Shown here: piece by piece, positions 18,155 through 26,899 of the stretch
Position numbering within the stretch: the stretch's first letter is position 1
Layout of the letters: each line of letters begins with the position of its first letter
From: Blastocatellia bacterium
GTDB lineage: Bacteria > Acidobacteriota > Blastocatellia > UBA7656
DNA: 47,038 nt
Assembly (NCBI GenBank): GCA_044868105.1
Contig: JBIOWC010000561.1
Location: 1 to 47,038 of the forward strand
Reading direction: 5' to 3'
The notes under the pieces: generated by a model
The model's input: only the letters and a program-made list of their open reading frames with translations
What the model was told of the DNA's origin: nothing
Database searches by the model: none
Program-made: the position numbers and the translations under genes

Positions 18155-18184
18155 GGTATTTTTCACCCGCCCGGCGGCACTGTC
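18155..18184 (+). promoter_or_regulatory. Candidate ECF promoter 1 (anti-sigma/CHAT transcript)
   Basis: GGTATTTTTCACCCGCCCGGCGGCACTGTC: GTAT-N18-CACT; the same motif and spacing occur at 23297-23326(-) and 23457-23485(+). Confidence 0.6.
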
Positions 18185-18219
18185 AGATGGGCAAGAAGTT
18201 TTTAAGGAAGAGGTTAAAT

Positions 18220-18813
18220 ATGAACATCAAAGCGCATATCGAGTTTGCCAAGCTGGCTGATCTCGTCGAAAACCGCCTGTCGGCCGAGGAAAGTTCGCCC
18301 CTTAACACGCACCTCGCCGCTTGCAGTCAATGTTCGGATACTTACGCGAAGCTTGCCAAAACCGTCTCCTTAATGCGCGCCAATGAACTGGAAGAGGCGC
18401 CGCCATGGGCAATCGCGCGGGTCACCAGCTTGTTTAAGCCCCGCGCCAAACAAGCGGTTTCTTTATTCGAACGCATCACGGCTTTACTGAAATTCGATAG
18501 TCAACAACTGATGCCCGCCTACGGGGTGCGCTCGGCGGCGGCGACTGAACGGCAGATGCTCTTTGCAGCGGGCGAACGGGAATTGCAATTGCAACTCGCC
18601 CGCGCCAACGATGAATGGATTGTCTCAGGGCAAATCCTTGGCGACTGTGAGGGTGGCGAGATTGAAATCAAAAATTCGAGTCTATCCAAACAGACCGCGC
18701 TTAATCAGTTGTGCGAATTTACCTTGCCACAGGTTCCCGCAGGCACTTACAGCTTGACTCTCCGCCTGAATCACATTGAAATAGAAGTTCCTAATTTAGA
18801 TTTAGGGGCTTAG
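18220..18813 (+). CDS. Soluble zinc-finger (HxxxCxxC) anti-sigma-like protein with C-terminal Ig-like beta domain
   Basis: HLAACSQC zf-HC2 motif, no TM segment, FDS...GVRS linker, beta-rich C-terminus (EFTLPQVPAGTYSL); SD GAGG. Confidence 0.85.
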   Translation: MNIKAHIEFAKLADLVENRLSAEESSPLNTHLAACSQCSDTYAKLAKTVSLMRANELEEAPPWAIARVTSLFKPRAKQAVSLFERITALLKFDSQQLMPAYGVRSAAATERQMLFAAGERELQLQLARANDEWIVSGQILGDCEGGEIEIKNSSLSKQTALNQLCEFTLPQVPAGTYSLTLRLNHIEIEVPNLDLGA

Positions 18814-18815
18814 GT

Positions 18816-21650
18816 ATGACAGCCGACGAGTTAGCCGCGGCGCTGGTGGCGGCTAACCAGACGACGCGAGTTGAACTGCTCGCCAAGCATCCATCATTAC
18901 TCAATCAAGACCTCGCCTTCGCGCTCAAATCCTTATTTTATGAAACCCGGGTGAGCGACCCCGTACGGGCGCGCCACATTTCCGAGGCCCTCAACGCGCT
19001 GAGCGAATTTACACAAAATCCTCACCTCTCGGCCCTCGCCTGTTGGATAGCCGGAATCGTCGCACTCGAAATCGAAGGGCACATCGAACAGGCACTCACC
19101 CAGCTCGACCAGGCGGCCTCACGTTTTCTGGACTTACAGCAACCGCTTGAGGCGGCGTCAACCTGCGTCAGTAAACTGCGCGCTTTAGCCATGCTGGGTC
19201 GTTACGATGAGGCGCTTGAGTGTGGGCTGCAGGCGCGCGATATTTTAGTCGCGCAGGGCGACAAGGTGGCGGCGGGGAAAATTGAACATAATCTCGGCAA
19301 CATCTATTTTCGCCGCGACCGTTACCGGGAAGCCGAACGGTTTTATCGCGCCGCGCGCGCCCGTTTCGCCGCAGCCGATGACCCGAATCAATTGGTGTTG
19401 ATTGATACCTCGCTGGCCATGACGCTGATTAATCAACATCGTTTTCGTGAAGCCGAAGCGCTTTGTGAGCAGGCGCTCCGGCGCGCCGAAACCACCGGAC
19501 AGGTGATTGCGCAAGCCGCGATTGAATGCGATTTGGGCTGTCTGGCGCTCCTGCAAGGGCATTATAATCGCGCCCTTGATTTGCTGGAAAAATCGCGCCG
19601 GCGTTATGCCCAGCTCGGCCTGACGCACGAATCGGCGATTGCCGATTTGGAACTGGCAAACGCTTATCTTGAACTCAACCTGGCTCCCGAAGCCGCCGCG
19701 CTTTACCACAAAACCATTCCACTTTTTGCCGAACTCGGCATGCAAGCTGAACAAGCGCACGCCCTGGCCGCAAAGGCGCGCGCCCATCTTTTGCTCGGGC
19801 AACTCAAAGAAGCAACGGCAAATCTTTTAGAGGCCCGCAAGCTTTACCGTTTAGAAGGCAATGCGGTTGGCGAAGCGATGATCAATTTTGCCGAAGCGCA
19901 GATTGATTTTGCGCGCGGCGATTTTGTGGCTTGCGAAGCAACGGCGCGCCAGGCTGAAATGCCGCTGATGAAGGTCGGCGCCTGGGAGCGCGCCTTTATG
20001 GCGCGTTGGCTTAGTGGTGAAGCCTTGCGGGCGCAAGCTCGTGACGCCGAAGCCCGCCCGATTTTCGACGCCCTGCTGAGCGACCCGAAAATTCAAGCCT
20101 TACCGCAAATCGCTCAACGCTGTTACACCTCGTTAGGTTTTCTCGACGAAAAACATCATCAATTGCCAGAGGCCGAAGCCGCCTTCAAACGCGCCGTCGA
20201 ACTCGTCGAAGATTTGCGCGCCTTGTTGCCAAGCGACGAATTTCGCACAGCCTTTGTTTCCGACAAACTGACGCCTTACACCAAACTCGTTGCCCTTTGT
20301 CTTCAAGATGAAAGCCGCCTTGCCGAAGCCTTGAGCTATGTCGAGCGGTCGCGGTCGCGCTCGCTTGCCGATATGTTGAGCGGCGCCGTACAACTGAAAA
20401 CCCGACCGCGCGATGCTTTTGAAGGGCGTATGCTCGCTCAGCTTGAAACCTCGCGCGAAGAATTGAATTGGCTTTATCGTCAGCTTAATCGCCCGCCGGA
20501 AGCGGCCGCCGACGAGCACGCAAAAACCCTCGCCGCGCTCTATGAGACAATTCACCAGCGCGAAAATCAACTGCTCGAAATCCTGCGGCAACTGCAACAA
20601 CGCGGCGGCGCGAGTTTGATGCGCGTCGAACCGTTTGAGCTTGCCAACCTGCAAAGCCAATTGGACGCGCAGACCGCGATTATCGAATATTTCAGCATTG
20701 ATGATGAATTGATTGCCTTTCTTATCACGAATCGCGAGATTCACCTGAGGCGCGCGTTAGGCAGTGAGCGCGCCATCTCAGCGATGATTGATGGCCTGCG
20801 ATTTCAAATCGGTTCACTGCGTTATGGCGCCGCGCGTATACAAACCCATTTACCGCAGCTGGCGGCGCGCGCCCGCCATTATCTGGCACAGCTTTACGAC
20901 GCCTTGCTGAAACCCTTTGCCGAAAAATTGTCGGCGCAAAGATTAGTCGTGGTGCCGCATCGGGCTCTACATTATGTGCCGTTTCACGCGCTTTATGATG
21001 GCGCGCGTTATGTGATTGAAGGACACGAAGTCTGTTACGCGCCAAGCGCCGAGGTGCTCAGCCATTGTTTGAATGCGCCGGCGCGAAAGTTTCAAAAAGC
21101 TTTATTGCTGGGTGTTGCCGATGAACAGGCGCCGCAAGTTCTTGATGAAGCGCTCGCCCTTAAACCGCTTTTTCCTGAAGCGCAAGTTTTTCTGAATGAG
21201 GCGGCAACCCTCGATGCGCTGCACACGCACGCCGCCGATGCGGAGGTTTTGCATTTAGCCTGTCACGGGCAATTTCGTTCGGATAATCCCCTGTTTTCCA
21301 GTTTGAAATTAAGCGATGGCTGGCTGACGGCGCGCGACGCTTACCATTTAAATTTGCAATGTGGGCTGGTGACCTTGAGCGCCTGTGAAACGGGGATCAA
21401 TGCCATTGCGCCGGGCGATGAATTGATTGGCCTGGCGCGCGGATTTTTTTCCGCCGGCGCGCCGAGTCTCTTGCTGACCCTGTGGACCGTTGATGACGCA
21501 GCGACTGCCGAACTGATGAAAATTTTCTATCAACATTTGCTTGCTGGTCACCTGCCCGCCTCGGCTTTGCGTCAGGCGCAGTGCGAAATGTTAAAGCGTG
21601 AGCCGCATCCTTTCTTCTGGTCACCTTTTGTTTTACTCGGTCGCTGGTAG
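18816..21650 (+). CDS. TPR-CHAT domain caspase-like protease
   Basis: TPR array, then CHAT motifs VVPHRALHYVPF, LHLACHG (catalytic His), TLSACETG (catalytic Cys), LWTVDD, HPFFWSPF. Confidence 0.95.
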   Translation: MTADELAAALVAANQTTRVELLAKHPSLLNQDLAFALKSLFYETRVSDPVRARHISEALNALSEFTQNPHLSALACWIAGIVALEIEGHIEQALTQLDQAASRFLDLQQPLEAASTCVSKLRALAMLGRYDEALECGLQARDILVAQGDKVAAGKIEHNLGNIYFRRDRYREAERFYRAARARFAAADDPNQLVLIDTSLAMTLINQHRFREAEALCEQALRRAETTGQVIAQAAIECDLGCLALLQGHYNRALDLLEKSRRRYAQLGLTHESAIADLELANAYLELNLAPEAAALYHKTIPLFAELGMQAEQAHALAAKARAHLLLGQLKEATANLLEARKLYRLEGNAVGEAMINFAEAQIDFARGDFVACEATARQAEMPLMKVGAWERAFMARWLSGEALRAQARDAEARPIFDALLSDPKIQALPQIAQRCYTSLGFLDEKHHQLPEAEAAFKRAVELVEDLRALLPSDEFRTAFVSDKLTPYTKLVALCLQDESRLAEALSYVERSRSRSLADMLSGAVQLKTRPRDAFEGRMLAQLETSREELNWLYRQLNRPPEAAADEHAKTLAALYETIHQRENQLLEILRQLQQRGGASLMRVEPFELANLQSQLDAQTAIIEYFSIDDELIAFLITNREIHLRRALGSERAISAMIDGLRFQIGSLRYGAARIQTHLPQLAARARHYLAQLYDALLKPFAEKLSAQRLVVVPHRALHYVPFHALYDGARYVIEGHEVCYAPSAEVLSHCLNAPARKFQKALLLGVADEQAPQVLDEALALKPLFPEAQVFLNEAATLDALHTHAADAEVLHLACHGQFRSDNPLFSSLKLSDGWLTARDAYHLNLQCGLVTLSACETGINAIAPGDELIGLARGFFSAGAPSLLLTLWTVDDAATAELMKIFYQHLLAGHLPASALRQAQCEMLKREPHPFFWSPFVLLGRW

Positions 21651-21658
21651 AAGTGAAA

Positions 21659-21751
21659 AAAAGTCAGTAGCAAGGGTCGCCATCTGAGAGCCAGTGATTC
21701 AGCTTCTCTACAAGCGATTCAGCTTCTCTATCGGCGAGGCTACTGACTTTT
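21659..21751. repeat. Inverted repeat enclosing a direct repeat, between convergent genes
   Basis: AAAAGTCAGTAGC (21659-21671) and GCTACTGACTTTT (21739-21751); internal GATTCAGCTTCTCTA twice (21696 and 21716). Confidence 0.8.
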
Positions 21752-21774
21752 CCTGGAGACCTTTTCGTTGACGC

Positions 21775-23220
21775 TTATTTCTTCGTGAAGACCGCCTGTA
21801 CGGAGGAATCTCGATTGATGGTGAGGCTGCAAGTTGGGGCGCTGCCGGAACAAGCGCCTGTCCAGTTGACAAAGCGAAACCCCGTTTCAGGCGTCGCCGA
21901 TAGGGTTACGGTTGCGCCTTGAGCAAATTTGGCGGAGCAAGTGCGGCCGCAGTTAATGCCGGGTTCGGCGCTTACCACCGTGCCCTTGCCACTCTGACTG
22001 ACCGATAAGGTGTAGGCCGGAACGAAACTCGCTCCAACGTTGGTCTGTCCGTTCACCGATACCGTGCAGGTCAAATTATTGCCGCTGCAAGCGCCCGTCC
22101 AGCCCGCGAACGCCGCTTTGTCGGGGCTGGCGGTGAGCGTAACCTGCGAACCCGCTTCATAGGTCGCCGCGCATTTGTTCCCGCAACTGATGAGTTTGTC
22201 CAGTGAATCAATGCTGCCGTTTCCGGTTTTCGCGACGATTACGGCATTGACTTCAACATTGGCCGCCGCCATCTGCGCGCCAATCATATCGCCCAACTCT
22301 CCGGGTTGTGGTGCCGCGCAGGTGCCATCGCCACCGCAGATTACTTGATGGGTGATGGGGTCATAGGCGCCGGTATATTGATAAGTCTCATAACGACGAA
22401 TGACAGAACGCGTCGTCGGGTCTAAGCTGCCTTGATTGCGTTTACGCCGCTGGTTGCCGCCGCTCGGCGGTGATTGCTGCAAAATATCCCAGGAGACTTC
22501 CAGGTGCGAAGCGTCTTGCGGAACAATGGGGTTATCACTCATCAATTCATCAAGCGTGACCTGACGATTCAGTTGAGTTTTGAATATCTTCACCCATTGC
22601 GCGTCGCCATAGGTTTCAGGAGTTTCAGGCGGTTCAGGCGCTTCGATTTCAGCTTCAAGAACCGGCGGTTCACCGGCTTGCGCGGGCGGCGTAATGATAT
22701 AGGTCGGCGCCGGAATCGCCACCGGCGGATTGGCTGAAATTAAATTGCCCGGCGCTTGCGGGTCTTCAATGAGCCAATGATAAGTCGTGCGCGTGGGGTT
22801 AGCGCTTAGCGTTACGCCAAAATGTTCGCAACCGCTCGTGGCGTAGCTGGCCCCGTTCCATTGATAGCAGGTCCCGGCAAAAGACGTGCCCGGCGCGTGC
22901 GGCGTGGTGGTTTGTGAAAAGCGTTGCGTGGCGGCGTCATAGCTGCTTGTCCAACGAACCTTCACCCCGGTTGCCGTTTGCAGGACGGTTGGCTGTCCGT
23001 AGCGCAGAACGCTGAACATATAATAGACATCGTTGAGCTGTAATCCTTCAAGCTCGATTTCAAAACCGTGAGCTTCATGCTCAGTATTATTCACCGCATC
23101 AAAATTTGATAACGAACCATAAAAATTGGCGGTTTGTGCCTGAGCGGAACGAATTGCCACTCCTAATAATAAAGCGAAAAGCAAAGCAAAGTGCACTGAC
23201 CATTTTTTCATATTTAACAC
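21775..23220 (-). CDS. Secreted protein with an unknown N-terminal domain and two C-terminal InlB B-repeat-like (Ig-like) domains
   Basis: Signal peptide AQA-Q; two repeats of G.G.V.S....I.CG..C.A....G..VTL.A.P....F..WTGACSG....C. Confidence 0.85.
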   Translation of the reverse strand: MLNMKKWSVHFALLFALLLGVAIRSAQAQTANFYGSLSNFDAVNNTEHEAHGFEIELEGLQLNDVYYMFSVLRYGQPTVLQTATGVKVRWTSSYDAATQRFSQTTTPHAPGTSFAGTCYQWNGASYATSGCEHFGVTLSANPTRTTYHWLIEDPQAPGNLISANPPVAIPAPTYIITPPAQAGEPPVLEAEIEAPEPPETPETYGDAQWVKIFKTQLNRQVTLDELMSDNPIVPQDASHLEVSWDILQQSPPSGGNQRRKRNQGSLDPTTRSVIRRYETYQYTGAYDPITHQVICGGDGTCAAPQPGELGDMIGAQMAAANVEVNAVIVAKTGNGSIDSLDKLISCGNKCAATYEAGSQVTLTASPDKAAFAGWTGACSGNNLTCTVSVNGQTNVGASFVPAYTLSVSQSGKGTVVSAEPGINCGRTCSAKFAQGATVTLSATPETGFRFVNWTGACSGSAPTCSLTINRDSSVQAVFTKK

Positions 23221-23296
23221 GAATATCCTTTCTAAATTGATTAGCGAATATCCGCATTCAGCAGGCGAGGCGCTAAAAACAGTTTCGCTTCGCCCG

Positions 23297-23326
23297 GACA
23301 GTGTCAGGCGCCAGCCTTGAAATACA
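23297..23326 (-). promoter_or_regulatory. Candidate ECF promoter 2 (secreted InlB-repeat gene)
   Basis: Minus strand TGTATTTCAAGGCTGGCGCCTGACACTGTC: GTAT-N18-CACT. Confidence 0.6.
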
Positions 23327-23456
23327 TGATTGAAAAAATATGTACCACGACTATCCTGGAGACCTCTTCAATCAGTCCATACCCCTTGGGTGAATTCCAA
23401 AAAATACCGCTGTTACTGCTGAATTTTTTTCTCACGAAAATATATTTTGGCGGTCA

Positions 23457-23485
23457 GGTATTTTTTTTACTATTCAAGACACTTT
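23457..23485 (+). promoter_or_regulatory. Candidate ECF promoter 3 (S8 peptidase gene)
   Basis: GGTATTTTTTTTACTATTCAAGACACTTT: GTAT-N18-CACT. Confidence 0.6.
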
Positions 23486-23541
23486 ATAGAAAGCAGTAGT
23501 TTCTATATTTAACGTTGAACAATTATTTCTGTGAGGACCCA

Positions 23542-24810
23542 ATGCGTAGAAGCGTAATTTTTATTTTACTTTTTTCTCTCACCGCTCTTTTTTTGTGTGC
23601 CTTACCCGATTTCAAACCGACTAAAGTTAAAGCGTCACAAAGCGGCCGAGCGGTGCCTACGGAAGTTGTTGTCAAGCTCAACCGAGCCGAAGATTTGACC
23701 GGCGTCGCACTCGATTATGACCTCGACCCGACACCCCTGGCGCAATTTGGTGCGCGTCCCATCTACCTTTTGAAAATCCTTGGCGGAGAATCGCCAAACG
23801 ATAGAGTTGATGCGCTGATGGCTGACCCGCAAGTGCGCGTCGCTTATGCGGAAGTCAATTTGGTCGCCGAACCGCCGGAGGATTCAGGACGGGTGTTGTG
23901 GTCGGCGGGTGAGGGTTCAACCCAATATTATGGACAGTGGGCGCCGCTAAAAATCCGCTTGCCGGAAGCCCACACCGTAACCCGTGGTGCAGGCAGTACG
24001 ATTGCCGTGCTCGACACCGGCGTGGATTTCACGCATCCGCAACTCGCCGGACATTTAGTTCCGGGATACGATTTTATTGATAACGATAATGACCCAAGCG
24101 AAGTCGGCGTCTATGGAGAAGATCGCGGCTTCGGACATGGAACGCACGTTGCCGGACTCGCGGCGCTGGTGGCGCCAGAGGCGAAGATCTTACCCGTGAG
24201 AGTATTAAATGAACATGGCGAGGGCAGTTTGTGGACGCTGGCCGAAGGCTTGATATACGCCGTTGACCCGGATAACAATCCGGCGACTAATGATGGAGCA
24301 GACATCATCAACTTAAGTCTCACCACCATCGAACGCAGTAGATTGATTAAGGACATTCTGCGAGCCGTCACCTGTCAAGACGCGGCATCGCCGGATGCCT
24401 TTCCCTGCATCCGGCCGGGCGTGGTGATTATCGCTTCGGCAGGCAATAACGGCAGTTCCGACCTCGAATACCCGGCTGCCGAACCGGTCAGCGGCTTGCT
24501 TGCGGTTGGCGCCAGCACGGAATTCGACACCTTAGCCACGTTTTCAAACTTTGGCTCCTGGGTAGAGATTGCGGCGCCTGGTGAATATGTACTGAGCACC
24601 GTGCCGGGCGGGGGATTTGGAACCTGGAGCGGAACCTCGATGGCGGCGCCGCTGGTGGCGGGCGAAGCAGCTTTGGTGCGCTCGGTCTTATCGAGATCCG
24701 ACCCCTCGAGAATTATTCAGCGCATCACCTCCAACAGCGCGAGAATTTCAGGACCCATCCGCTCGCGCATCGATACAGCTTACGCAGTTGGGCTTAGTCG
24801 CCCGCGCTAA
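23542..24810 (+). CDS. S8 subtilisin-family serine peptidase with signal peptide and propeptide
   Basis: AVLDTG, HGTHVAG, SAGN and GTSMAAP triad/oxyanion motifs; SD GAGG before ATG 23542. Confidence 0.95.
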   Translation: MRRSVIFILLFSLTALFLCALPDFKPTKVKASQSGRAVPTEVVVKLNRAEDLTGVALDYDLDPTPLAQFGARPIYLLKILGGESPNDRVDALMADPQVRVAYAEVNLVAEPPEDSGRVLWSAGEGSTQYYGQWAPLKIRLPEAHTVTRGAGSTIAVLDTGVDFTHPQLAGHLVPGYDFIDNDNDPSEVGVYGEDRGFGHGTHVAGLAALVAPEAKILPVRVLNEHGEGSLWTLAEGLIYAVDPDNNPATNDGADIINLSLTTIERSRLIKDILRAVTCQDAASPDAFPCIRPGVVIIASAGNNGSSDLEYPAAEPVSGLLAVGASTEFDTLATFSNFGSWVEIAAPGEYVLSTVPGGGFGTWSGTSMAAPLVAGEAALVRSVLSRSDPSRIIQRITSNSARISGPIRSRIDTAYAVGLSRPR

Positions 24811-25334
24811 AAGGGTTGGGCGTTAAAAACCTCTCGGGTGATGGAAAAATAAATGGTGTCGAGGCCATCGGAAATTCCGCGTTTTAGATAGGCCATGCCG
24901 AGTTTTTCCATCACTCGAAACGAGGCCCGATTCGGCGCGTCCGCAGAGGCTTGAATACGGTCGAACTGGAGATGCGTAAACCCGTATTCCATAACTGCAC
25001 GCGCCGCTTCAATAACTAGCCCTTTCCCCCAATGGATTTCTGAAACCGCGTAAATCAATTCAAGTTCGGGTGGGTCGTGAAAGAACCAATAGCCGCAAAA
25101 CCCGATAAGCGCTGGGTCACCGATAAACCGCAGGGCCCATAAGCCGTAGCCCTGAGTGGCAAAAAGGTCATCACTGGTTTGCAGAAAAGCGGCGCTCTGC
25201 TCGCGCGACAAAATTTGATCATCGAAGAGGTATTTGCGGACGCCTGCCGTGATGCAGAGTTCGTGAAAAGCATCTCTGTCCTGCGCCGTAAGCGGCCGCA
25301 GGTTCAATCTGGTTGTAGCAATATCAAAAGACAC
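24807..25334 (-). CDS. GNAT (RimJ/RimL-like) N-acetyltransferase
   Basis: TTRLNLRPL, LIGFCG, HWGKGL and NRASFRVMEKLGM motifs. Confidence 0.9.
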   Translation of the reverse strand: MSFDIATTRLNLRPLTAQDRDAFHELCITAGVRKYLFDDQILSREQSAAFLQTSDDLFATQGYGLWALRFIGDPALIGFCGYWFFHDPPELELIYAVSEIHWGKGLVIEAARAVMEYGFTHLQFDRIQASADAPNRASFRVMEKLGMAYLKRGISDGLDTIYFSITREVFNAQPF

Positions 25335-25475
25335 AGGAATTGAAATTTAAGCACGGATAAAATTTTTGCAGCAGTTGTGGCTTGCCAGCGAACTTGATCG
25401 TCCACCTCTACAGAGGTTTCTTGCCAGGACCGCAAAGACCGTTTTAACGCCTATCAAATTATGATGGAATCGGTT

Positions 25476-26528
25476 TTACAAATCCTTTAACAATTGCCGC
25501 AAGGTGGAGCCGTAACTGAGTTCTGGTTTTTGATATTTCGCCTCCGAACTGAGGCGCGGCAATTTCGGAAAGTGAAGTTCGCTGGTCGGGAGTTGCATCA
25601 TGTCCGAAGCGCCAACGAAAAAGCGCGGCGTCAGATGCACGGGATGAGCCGGTTCGGTAACCCATTCGCGCTCATCTTCTATCGCTTCGCGCAACAGTTC
25701 AGGTAAATAATGCATCATGCCGACTGAGGCAATCTCGCTGCCGCCCTGGGTCATCAACTGCATCAACAATTCTCTGACCGCTTCAGGAAACTCGGTAATC
25801 ATATCCGGCGTGAGTTTGCCGCCCGCAAGCACGAACAAAATGGCTTCACGAATGGTGTGAGAAAGTTTATCCAGGGTCTCCGACAGAATATCTTCGCTGA
25901 CTTCAGCGCCGGGCATTGCCGCAACTGTAATGTCTAAAGCTTGCTCGGCGCCGAATCCCGATTTTTCCAACACCTCGATAAATTCAAAGGGTTCCAGTTT
26001 GTATTCCGCTTCATCGGCGGTCACCGGCGAAATGGTGCCGCGTGGCGTTTGAATGGTGTTTGAGGCGATTAATGAAATATAGCCGTGCAGCGGCGAACGC
26101 ACACCGATTTCAAATTGATATTCGCGGTCAGGAAAAACCATCATCCAATAGCGTCCGCGCCGGTCAACATTGAAAAACGCTTCATGTCCGCCCCGTGTGT
26201 CGTGTAACTTCAAAACCGTTTTGAAGGTCGCAACCTCTTCAGGAGCAAATAGTTTTTTGAGCGAATCGAGGTTCTCTTCGCGCACTTCCCAATAAATGAA
26301 GACGCGAAACGGGTCTTGAATCATGGCGCGGATGATGTCGGCGCCATAGGTTTCCGGAATCGGCAATCCCAAATCTATGTAAGGCTCGGCATCCACCGAA
26401 GGTTTGGCGTTTATTTCTGACCTTGCCAATTCGGTTTCCGGCAAAGCAGGTGCAATTAAGCTTTGCGGTTCAGACGGTTGAAATAGTGGGCTGGTTTTAA
26501 AGGGTGACGATGGTCTCAGTACAAACAA
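25476..26528 (-). CDS. DUF4912-domain protein
   Basis: IPETYGADIIRAMIQDPFRVFIYWEV...EIG...IASNTIQTPR matches the DUF4912 pattern; SD GAGGAG before TTG. Confidence 0.78.
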   Translation of the reverse strand: MFVLRPSSPFKTSPLFQPSEPQSLIAPALPETELARSEINAKPSVDAEPYIDLGLPIPETYGADIIRAMIQDPFRVFIYWEVREENLDSLKKLFAPEEVATFKTVLKLHDTRGGHEAFFNVDRRGRYWMMVFPDREYQFEIGVRSPLHGYISLIASNTIQTPRGTISPVTADEAEYKLEPFEFIEVLEKSGFGAEQALDITVAAMPGAEVSEDILSETLDKLSHTIREAILFVLAGGKLTPDMITEFPEAVRELLMQLMTQGGSEIASVGMMHYLPELLREAIEDEREWVTEPAHPVHLTPRFFVGASDMMQLPTSELHFPKLPRLSSEAKYQKPELSYGSTLRQLLKDL

Positions 26529-26620
26529 TTTTAGATCTCCTCAAGTGAATCAAATTGCCGGGTAAAATAGTCTGCTAGTTTGTCGGTTGCGACGGCGGGT
26601 GTCAAGCTTTCGATTTTCCG

Positions 26621-26891
26621 GGTAGTGGGTCAATATGAAAGAGGTTGGCATTCGGTTGGCGCTAAAAAAGTAAAGCCCCGCCCAACGACCAGTAAACAGT
26701 GATCTCTGGACAAGTAAAAATTTATCTTCTGATTAGACGGAAAAAGCGGATAAAGCGCCATCGGCTGGGGCGGATAAATCGCCATCCGTCTTTTCCGCCC
26801 CATCAGAAGTTAACCTTGTCGCTGACGACAGACCGCCGTTCTTTAACCGATAAATAATTTCATCCCCCTATTTTCACACTGACCCATTCCC
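26621..26891. mobile_element. MITE-like non-autonomous element, copy A (271 bp)
   Basis: Ends GGTAGTGGGTCAATATGAAA and TTTCACACTGACCCATTCCC; flanked by ATTTTCCG at 26613-26620 and 26892-26899; closely similar to 39746-39994. Confidence 0.88.
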
Positions 26892-26899
26892 ATTTTCCG

